DNA from: Trichoplax adhaerens
Lineage: Eukaryota > Animalia > Placozoa
DNA length: 64,000 nt
Assembly (NCBI RefSeq): GCF_000150275.1
Contig: NW_002060943.1
Location: 2,138,987 to 2,202,986 of the forward strand
Direction: 5' to 3'
Shown in pieces: positions 53,948 to 64,000 of the stretch. Position numbers and translations under genes: made by a program. Numbering within the stretch: position 1 is the stretch's first letter; every line of letters begins with the position of its first letter. Under the pieces are notes generated by a model. That model ran no database searches. It had not been told where the DNA came from and saw only the letters and a program-made list of their open reading frames with translations.

Positions 53948-56236
53948 TACGTACTGGATATGCACAAATAATCCTGAAATAAAGTAATTTCGATTATAGC
54001 AGTCGTCACATCTGGCAATCAGTCGTGTAAAACATGCTTTATATGCGTACTTGTATGATTATAATGACTGGTCCATTACCCGTTCAAATTTTGAACAGGG
54101 ACACAATCTCCATAAAGCCATAAAATTCAAAGATAATTGACAGCTAGATTATCTTAATATTGCTTGTTTTACTTCGCAAAACTACAGTATGCTTGAGTAC
54201 TTTTTACTTTACTATACATTATATCACTGACAGACAAATTTTACAATCATCACGGAATTACCTTGAAGATTTCAATACTACAGTATACTACAATTTTATA
54301 GCAGTAAAAGACTTTCAGTTCGATCCAAATGGACTTTTCAAGTTTTCTTCGTTGATCCTTGACTAATAGCCGAGATAAATAGAAGGGAAATAAAACAGAT
54401 CACCGAGTAATCAGGGACGAAACGCGATTGAAAAAATGGCGATGCCTTCCGATAGGTAAATAAACAGCAATGTATGCGCTGAGGGCACAACCCGAACCTC
54501 GATATGGCAGTCCAACAAGAAGACGATAGAAGAGCCTATAGAGATCTGTGTATGGTATTGAACTGTATCCGGTACAGTAGACTAGGACACTACCTACGTC
54601 TGTTGTTAACACCGTAGCAATGACGTAATCTTCCTTATGCAAGATGGAGAAAATTCGTTTCTTGTCTCACCAACTCATAACAGACTAGTTTTAATTATAA
54701 TGGAAAGTATATATAGAATTCAAGTGGATTTATAGATTGGCTTACTGCTCTATTAAGCTGCTAGAAAAGGATTCCAGCACTGGTTGTATACGTATCCTAT
54801 AGACACATGCATCGCTAGCTACTGAGCGCTGTGTAGGAAATTCTACGGACTACTTTCATTTAGCCAAACTTGGAGGAGTCCGTGGAACCCCTAAAAAAAC
54901 TCGAATTTCTCGATAGGCAAACTTGCATAGTAATTTCATCAATATCCCATCACCTCAGTTGGCTGTAAATTAAGCAAGAGTGAAAGCAATAAAATGATGC
55001 AGGGGAATAGAGGTCAAATATTGCCAAGGTGCATATCCAAAATGTACTATGAGACATCGTCAGTGTTCAAAATTGACACATTAATAACAGTACATGTACG
55101 CGAAATATCACCAGCAGGATATTCTGTTAGTAGAGTATATGCTTGGGGTATTTCGCTAATTCTACTTGTACTTTACATTATGTTATACTCCATTACACAT
55201 TTTACGTAGTCTCTATTGGCTGTTTTGCATAACGAATACATTTTATTTTATATTCAACGATATACGAAATAACAACATAAACGAATTTAGTAGCAGTTTC
55301 ATCTTTTTGATAAAAGGCATTCAATATATACAGTACGTTAAATTTTTCATTAAACTACATGCTTACGGCATATATTGCGTAGTATCAATTTGTTGATTGG
55401 GATGTAGATCTTATTTAATATTAGAGATAGGCAAATTCAGACTTGAAACATTCTGATGCATATTCATCTACCATCTAAGCGAACTTATAAGCAACGCTAT
55501 TGCATCTAATAAAGTATACGCTATATAACAGCAGTAGTTTAACGATAGAAATTACTATCTTATATTAATGCCCTATCCAATGGATGTAAAATAACCCATC
55601 AAACCTATTCAGATATTTTCCGTTCTGTAGTAACTTTCCAAACTATAGCCAAAAATTGGGTTGTCAACTTCACCATTATGACAATTACTATATTCATTTA
55701 TTACAGAAGATAGATTCGTAATGCCGGAATATATCTACACTAATAATTTAGTAGTAAAGCTAAATTCAAAATAAGTATGCTATAATTTCCGTAATTTCAT
55801 TTACCGAATGATATTTTGAGCGCTATTTAATAAAATATGGTCAATCCAATGTTACGACAATATATTAAGGTAAATGGCACAAATGCAAACATCAAATGAA
55901 TAGATCAAAAGGTCGCGTAGTTTCACTATAATACAGTAGTTGCTGACTTTTAAAAGTATAGGAACTGCTACTATTCCAAGATTCAACGTAAGCGACTTCA
56001 ATTTAGTTCTAGGGTTCTGATCTATGTTCGTAACTTGGTATCATTTTTACAAAAGCTATTTTATAAGCAATAGTCAACGCATGCTATTATTATTTCCACG
56101 TCCAAATCTATCAAGGCGGATTAATTAAATCATTTAAAAAGCAATTCAACTTATTTTGACAAGAAATACTTTCATTTTAAGCTACAGAAAATGTCCATAG
56201 CGATCTTTAAGATTGTAAATATGTACGTACATTAAG

Positions 56237-56818
56237 TTACAGAATTTGGCAGCAATTTTTTTTCTTCGGCCATAGCTTTCGTCGAATTAAAACGAGTTTC
56301 GTCGCTTCTTCGAAAATTTCCTTTAGGCCATGACGATTAAAGGAAGAACATTCAAAATATCGAATAGCACCAATAGCTCTAGCTAATTTTAGACCTGTAC
56401 TGCGATAGATGGGCCTGCTGTTTATTTTTTTCAATTCCTTGAGTACGTTGATATCTTCTCGGAGATCTGTTTTTGTGCCAACTAATATTTTAGGGGTATT
56501 AGGTGAATAGCGCCTAACTTCTGAATACCATACATCGCGCACATTGTCAAAAGAATGAGGATTTACCGTAGAAAAACAAATTATAAACAAATCAGCTTGA
56601 TCGTAAGAAATCGCTCTCAGCTTACTATATTCAGCTTGTCCAGCGGTATCCCATAAACCAAGGCTAATAACTTTGTCATTAATCATGAGATTCTTTGAAA
56701 AATTATCAAATACGGTAGGAATATATTCACCAGGGAAATTATCTGTCGAATAAGTCATTAATAAACATGTCTTTCCTACCTCACCATCGCCAACAATAAC
56801 ACACTTTACTGATTCCAT
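56237..56818 (-). CDS. Rac/RhoG-like Rho-family GTPase, divergent, single coding exon (193 aa)
   Basis: [39 protein letters not shown], Rho insert, polybasic tail and CCQIL CaaX. Confidence 0.92.
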   Translation of the reverse strand: MESVKCVIVGDGEVGKTCLLMTYSTDNFPGEYIPTVFDNFSKNLMINDKVISLGLWDTAGQAEYSKLRAISYDQADLFIICFSTVNPHSFDNVRDVWYSEVRRYSPNTPKILVGTKTDLREDINVLKELKKINSRPIYRSTGLKLARAIGAIRYFECSSFNRHGLKEIFEEATKLVLIRRKLWPKKKNCCQIL

Positions 56819-59004
56819 TTTGTGGACGAGATATTTGCTTGCAATAAGTGAAATGTACTGTTGATCGGTATTTGAGCCTGCCTCAATCTACTTTAATGCA
56901 ACTGCAATATTAAGCTTGTTTAATGTTAATTTAGTTTCTTGAAAAAATGTACCAGCGACTATTTCAATTGTCCAATACCGTATATTTTTCGTGAATTAGT
57001 ATTGAAATTTCCAAGAATCATGTATAAATCCTATTTTTCAATTAGCAGCTCTCATCATATCAATCGACTAATTGATTTAAGTGAAATATGGTCCTATACT
57101 AGGATTCTTTTTTGCGCTCGAGCTAAGCCAACGAAGGAGGTAAATACGAGCAGCTTTTTAAATTTTCACGTTGGACGTCAAATATTAATCACCGACTTTT
57201 TATAGGGGCTTACACTTGGGCTGGAATGATGTATTTTTCGATTTCAATTGAGAATACACCTGTGGATCTTACAAGTGTTATAAGAAACTGACAAACAGCG
57301 TTCATGAAGGCTCTTGGCTACCAGTTATGATACCATATGCAATAGCCAAAGGCAATAAATGCGTATTACTACGACTAAAGTTACTACAGTATGAGTGATC
57401 TACCACCAAATCAGATAGTAAACAGAGCGCAGCCTATAATTTTAATTAAGATCTTTGAGAAGTTTTGAATAGTTTCGACTAATAATATTACAGGGTGTAC
57501 AATGCATTAAAGTGTGCAATGTAATTAATCAATTATATTCACTATTTATCTGTTTTTTCCATTATTCTATTCCTCTACTAGCTTACAAGTATGTAAACAT
57601 TCCTGATTAATTACAGCTTCAATGACGTATCGAGATGGATACCAAAGTTATTTTGACGTAGTCTAGAAGATAATTACCTTACCTTATCATCGAAATTCGA
57701 TAACAATTTGGTTAGACCAAAATAACTCAATTATCGTGTAGTACTACTGGACAGCATACGATTATGTCAACACTACTACGACGTAGAATCGCTGGATTGA
57801 ACAAGGTTGATTGTCCTCTCTTGTTGTTATTTTCGACATCAAGCAGTATCGCAAAAATAGACTAACAAGGTGCAATACAACTTAACGAAAGTAGCAATCC
57901 CCCTTCTAAACCATCTGCTAGCAATGTCCAGTAGAAACATTTTTCATCTAATTTGATCTTATTGCATAGATTAGGCAATAACTTCAATTCAGATTCGATA
58001 GATGATATTCTATTAGATTACATAAAGGAGAAATATTGAATTTTTAAGCTTCGAGCTACTTACGAACACCTAGACAATACTGCACCTTCAACATCAATTA
58101 TGATTCTAGTACAGCATACTTTAATGAAATTAAGACAATAATGATTCATCTTGGCTACCAAAGAATGAATTAATTATTAAATAGTTTGACTCCTACATTA
58201 TCTTTTGGTATGATATCGTTTTATCGGTTGATAGATTTGCAATATTTACCAAGGTTAGTATGCATTGTATGCAAACTATGCACACACTATGCTGACGTCT
58301 GCATATCGATCACAGTTTCAAGCAAAAATTGATCTAGGAAAGGTCAAGAGCCCTCCCATTCAACGTTAGTTTATCAATGCCAATTATAATGCTTATTTTT
58401 ATATCGATTTTCAAGTTAATGCTATAGCCTATAGGTACTAGGTACTGTACAGTATTTTCAACATGCTCTTATTTTACTTTTGGAGCTGCTTAAATCAGCA
58501 TAAAACGCCTATTGCTTTTTACCTGGATATGCAGATCCGTAGGTTACAACGGTGAAAATGGCATGTACCTAGTGGAGCAGCTCCAATATCTGGAATTAAG
58601 GTTAACGTTTTGTACAATCTCATTAGGAAGAAAACTGCTGGAATTATTCGATAAGGGCGCGGTAGAATGTATATTAATTTAATTGAACGATAATATTTGC
58701 GAATACCGTCTACACTACTGTGCTTAGCACGTTGTTTTCTTACCTCTCTACGTTTTAAACTGCGGTACCAATACAGTAGACAGTAGCGCACTTTCGAAGG
58801 TAGCTAGAGCTGTTTACGAATCTGATAACAGACTGCTTGCATCGTATTTGTGCTCTCCAAGTGTAAATGTAATGGCATGTATTTACGTCTGAAAAAAGAG
58901 AAAATTGAGGAGTTTTCCGTAGCTAAAGCATACTTTGGATGCAATCAAGGGCTATTTAATAGACACAGTACTGTACACTGTACAGTAGGTATTGCAATCC
59001 CCAT

Positions 59005-59280
59005 AGACTGGCTTGCATCTACGCATTGCATTGCACTGGCGCATCGAATCCTAAAATGGATTTGTCTAAAGCATGCTTTTGGTGTTGTTAATGGGCTGGC
59101 TTGTATCTACCCATTGCATTGGCGCATCGAATCCTAAAATGGATTCGTCTTAAGCATGCTTTTGGCGTTGTTAATGGACTGGCTTGTGTCCTACGTTTGT
59201 TGCATCGAATATTCCAATTGGCGCCTCCAACGGCCCTAAAAATTTTGATTGGTGTAAAGCATATTTTTGGTGCTGACTGA
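59005..59280. repeat. ~83-bp tandem repeat (2 close copies plus degenerate flanks)
   Basis: ggcgcatcgaatcctaaaatggatt.gtct.aagcatgcttttgg.gttgttaatgg.ctggcttg is repeated. Confidence 0.85.
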
Positions 59281-62200
59281 TTTAAAGAAAACATACTTTT
59301 AGCGCAATCAATGCACACTTGCTTAACCCATGAACTAACTTGACATTTGCCCCTCAAACGCTCATTGCATATGGCATACTGTAAAAAAAAGGAAATGATT
59401 ATTCAGCATTCAGTAAGTGCATTTGGCGCAGTCATGGATCGACCACTAGAACACCTAGTGTTGAACAAGTAGTGAGTCATGTCGGAGTCTAATAGACTCG
59501 TACTCATACTGGACGGCAAGCTGCAGGTGTTGCTGTTTTTAGTGCTCTAGACTAGCGATGCGAAACGAACGCATGAGAATATTTGGTGAGAGCTTTCGCC
59601 TTAGCCATGATAAGACTCAGAAATAAATTCAGCGTTAATATAATAGAAATGTATGGACAGCTCTTTGTTAGGTGAATATTTGCAATTGAAGTAGGTGATT
59701 TGGCTATTTTAAGGATTTTATCAATAATGGAATCGTTATAATACGATGCTCTGGAGTCATAATTTTCCTTGAATTGTATGTTACAACTTAACACCATTCT
59801 TAACCATCAAGCATAATCTAATTATTCTAATTATTATACTGCAAGAATGCTGAAAAAATACGGAATCAATTATTCCATCTAGGTAGAAGGTATGCTGAAT
59901 GATTGTACCTCAATACACTAATTTGATTACGCCCATAATTTGGAGGAGTTGATAATGACATCAAAAGTGAAGGGAAGATATTTATTGTATTTCCTGTCAG
60001 CTACGTCTTACAAATTGGAAAACAAGATTTCCTACCATCTCCGTATAAGCAGAGTGCAAAGCGTAAAATTGTAATGAACGTTGCTAATCTTTAATCTTTA
60101 ATACTGTATGTTGCACTATGCGCTCTTTGATCAACGGTCAATATCATTTTTAGCATAGTCGATAATAAATATACATTGACACTAACTAGAATCACTACAG
60201 CATTTTCTTGTTACTTATTAGCTGTTCTGCTGTGATATATACGATTTCATTTTCTCCTCAATTTTAAGGTAACAGGTCAGTCATTTGTCGTCAAACTGCA
60301 ATGACAACATAGACTTTGTTTGCTCACGAGATACGATTCAAATACGGAGCTTGACAATTGGCTTTAACGATGATGATCTACCGTTCATTTAGAAATAAGT
60401 TTTGCGATTTACTTTTTATTTTTTTCGACTGAATAAAGGTTTTCTCTACTCTTGAGTTACTAACATGTCCAGTACTTAGCGGGGTTTCTCGTCGGCGAAA
60501 ATAGTACCATAAGCTGGGAGCAGGAATATTAAAATTTTAGTTAGGTCTAACCATATCTATCATCAAAACCATTTACCGGTTCTATAAAATTGTGTTGACT
60601 AGTTGGCTTATACTTTGATACAATTGCATTGCAAGCAAGAAAGAACATACTCGTATACGGTACGTATCTAATCGAAATTATGATACTGAATGCCTGACTA
60701 GTGATTCACAGAATGAGGTTTTGGTTAAGACACTAGAAATTTAGAAAATTGTGATACGTTGTTTAATAGATTTACCAGACCGTATATTATTATTTAAAAG
60801 TGATTTCATTTCTCTCCTTTTCTTGGTAAGATATTCCCCATACATTTTACAGTAATAATTCGATCAAAGTCTTGGCCATTAGACACAGATGTATGGTAGC
60901 ATTTTGAAAACCAGTTTGCATTGTCCATAGGATTGTTAAATTGTAGCTTAAGCATAATATCGTTATAATCACTCTTACTAAAGCATTAGAAGTTACTATA
61001 GTAAAATTGAGCGTGTTAAGCAAATAATTATCGTTTGTACATTTTGTATATGATATGATACGAGTATACAGTATATGGAACCTAACTGCCATAGTAAAAC
61101 AGCTAAAAGAAGCAGATATTAAATTCCCAAAATTAGTTACCAATAGTTTATTGATTAGTAATATTGTTATTGGTTATTTTTGAATATCAAAAAATAAATC
61201 GAAATTCACATCTTGATAATCAGAAATTTATGCTTTCGAAAAGGATTTGCTCAGTGATTAGTAATGTTGTGATATTGATCATGGAACATAACATTTGCAA
61301 GATTACTCTATGATACAATCAACAGCCATATTGAAATACTATAATTGCATTTCGCTTCCTAAATTGCCTTGCTGACTTTCACATCCAAAGGTGATTAGAG
61401 AGTTGTTACAATATCTTTCTCTCGTTAGCGATGCAATAAACATATAGCAATCCTAAACTAACATAATGGCTATAACATTGCCTAAGATTAGTTATTCCAT
61501 AGCATATAGTTGTAGATATTGTATTGTTTATTAGGAATGGTATTCGAGCATCACTTTTAAAACGCTGGTTTTGAAAGGATTACAGCAGTGCTCTGTCTAC
61601 CGTCATCACTATCTGGTATTGTCATGATGTATCAGTCGATATCAATTGTTATTTATTTATAGATGTGCTGAAGAATTTCAATTTCAAACTTTAATCATCC
61701 GACTTTGATCCACAGTCGTCTGTAAGCTGGCATCCATTGAGAAAATTCTAAACCAATCAATTTTTTACAGTAAACATCTCAACTGTTGCAATTGTGTATC
61801 GTGCAAACTATAATCACGAAATAACATTCGCTTGATAGATAGAAAACCGTTGATTATAACTTGAAAAATACTATAACAGCGAAAGAACTGCATCTGCTAT
61901 GGATGATATTATGCATTATGCGCCTTGATTACTTCCAATACCGTAATGATAAATTGCTGAAGTCATCAAATTAAGGGAAATCTGGCCAGAGAATTAATAT
62001 AAATAATATTATGATAGCAAGTTTAGAGTTGAATGAGTAATTTCACTACTTTTCCTAATATTTCTATCTTTTAGCGATAATAGCCCAACACGATTCCTAG
62101 TTTCTAGTAAGATATAATTAGAAATAGAATGGTATAATCTTAGCTTGAAATACGCGTAAGTGATATCATTTAAGAATCAAGATGTAGTCTGTAGAAGAAT

Positions 62201-62344
62201 ATAATACTAATCGCTAAAAGCTATAGTCAATACAGAATAAGTTATCCTTAAATTAGTAGATTGCAGAATTTCTCTTTATGTATACAGTAGCATAGGAGTT
62301 TAACAATCGTTGTTGCACACGTCAGTAGTACAACATTTAATTTA

Positions 62345-62575
62345 GGGTAGCTAGACTTTAAAACGGCTTATAGAGTAAGTATCATTCTTGCGTAAGCACT
62401 ATTATGAAGATGCATCACTAAGTTGGGGCTAGACTTAAAAAAACTGCGCAAAAGTGTTATATACTTTTGTAAATATACATTACTGGGTTCCAGCTAGACT
62501 TAAAAACTGCTCATAAGTGCTAGGTAGGTACTAAATTAGATATACATCATTGAATTCCAGTAAGCTAGAATAAAG
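62345..62575. repeat. Degenerate repeat downstream of second Rac-like gene
   Basis: gctagactt(t)aaaa..ctgc at ~62350, 62428 and 62493, followed by similar atacat..ttccag segments. Confidence 0.55.
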
Positions 62576-62690
62576 AATGAAATAAAGTAGTTGCACTTGA
62601 ATTGTCGTCTATCTACAAGGCTTAGACGCTTCTATTCCCCTTGAACTAACCTACATGATAGATTGTTACAGACTTCTACTGGATTGGAAA

Positions 62691-63278
62691 TTACAAAACT
62701 TTACAATGTTTTTTCTTCTTTTTGGCTGGTGCAACATCCTTATATAATACAATATTGATGGCTTCATCAAATACTTCTTTTAAACCTTTCTTGGATAATG
62801 CTGAACATTCGACATAATTCACTGCTCCTATTTTCTTAGCTAACTTTCGACCTTCTTCGAATGGAATTGGACGTTGATTGTTTTCTTGCATAAAGGCATT
62901 AGCTTCTTTATCTTCACGCAAATCTAGCTTGGTTCCAATTAATAAGATTGGAGCATCAGGGCAGTGATGTCTTAATTCTGGTGTCCATTTCTGTAAGACA
63001 TTGTTAAAGGATGAAGGTGATACTACTGAAAAACATAATAAAAAGATATTCGTTTCTGGATATGATAGAGGTCTTAATCGATCATATCCTTCTTGTCCAG
63101 CAGTATCCCAAAGACCCAGATGGATTGGCATCTTTTCTACCAATACATCAACGGTATAGTTATCAAAAACGGTAGGAATATATTCGCCAGGAAATGAATT
63201 AGTTGTATAAGTGATTAACATGGCCGTCTTTCCTACGCCACCATCACCAACCACCACACTCTTGATTGATTTAAGCAT
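62691..63278 (-). CDS. Rac/RhoG/Mtl-like Rho-family GTPase, single coding exon (195 aa)
   Basis: [80 protein letters not shown] CaaX. A 3' splice site (ttctttctttgttgtaaag) lies ~20 nt upstream of the ATG. Confidence 0.95.
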   Translation of the reverse strand: MLKSIKSVVVGDGGVGKTAMLITYTTNSFPGEYIPTVFDNYTVDVLVEKMPIHLGLWDTAGQEGYDRLRPLSYPETNIFLLCFSVVSPSSFNNVLQKWTPELRHHCPDAPILLIGTKLDLREDKEANAFMQENNQRPIPFEEGRKLAKKIGAVNYVECSALSKKGLKEVFDEAINIVLYKDVAPAKKKKKHCKVL

Positions 63279-64000
63279 GATGGCCCAGTTATTTTATTCC
63301 TTTACAACAAAGAAAGAAATTACGTTACTCAAGAATAACTTAATTACTATACAAATAAAGGTCTATTTTTTTATACCCAAGTTAATATGTTCTAAAAAAT
63401 AAAATTAGTTGCTTTCAAGTTGTCACTAAAGTATTGATCACTTGTTGAACTTGATTAACCTATCAAGTCTGATACAGAATAAAGCTTTAACGTTGCACTT
63501 CCAATTATATATAATTCATCAATCGTCAATTTAACACTTAGGTGCTATGCAAAGGAATCGTATAACTTCTAAATATGACTATAGCTAGTCCTCACTCGTC
63601 ATCAGAATATGAAAGACAGGACGAAAGGTTCAAGACTGTCATTTACTTTTCGACTCAAGTTATGAGAATGAAGTCATATATTCAGAATACATATTTGGAA
63701 ATTAAAATGGACTTGATCCAGCAAGATAAAGGGGTTTTAACGCAAGTATGTAGTAATAGAATAAAGGTCAATGCCATCTCGCGATTTGGTGAGGACGTCA
63801 AATAGAGCATTAAATAATGTAACTTTGATATCAAAGCCATTCAAAAAATGAGCTGTGGCACCCACTGACGCCATCATTTATTGAAGCGATACGATTAAAA
63901 TGGAGTTAAAAATCGAGGTATAAAAACAATTACATCTAGTGTGAAGAGCATCTTGTAGATATTTGCTTGGAAATCAATGAACAGATAGCTATCAATTTTC

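Noticed and set aside
58850-59357. Overlapping 95-aa and 89-aa ORFs
   Set aside because: They arise from the 83-bp tandem repeat.

Overview
AT-rich, intron-dense animal genomic DNA. The ~80-300 bp GT-AG introns and abundant ACAGT/TACAG pentamer tracts suggest a placozoan such as Trichoplax; the taxon is inferred, not confirmed. Manual splicing supports six protein-coding genes: TTC17 (+, 4434-9898, 13 coding exons), a PTPRR/KIM-family receptor tyrosine phosphatase (-, 12329-21807, 15 exons, ~625 aa), MGAT1/GnT-I (-, ~43274-47218), TMBIM4 (-, 51371-53947) and two Rac/RhoG-like GTPases with intronless CDSs (-, 56237-56818 and 62691-63278). A ~20 kb stretch (23-43 kb) has no recognisable coding sequence. 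Several 80-110 bp tandem repeats and a 3x ~480 bp repeat occur upstream of MGAT1 and elsewhere. The main leads are: (i) minus-strand AG|GT zero-length-exon (recursive splicing-like) sites in the long PTPRR intron and across the upstream desert; (ii) a KNRY-to-KNRH change and a kinase-docking motif lacking the PKA serine in the PTPRR homolog; (iii) a triplicated promoter module carrying UPRE-type TGACGTGG elements; (iv) divergent tandem Rac/RhoG-like paralogs. Most ORFs in the supplied track are spurious or exon read-throughs.
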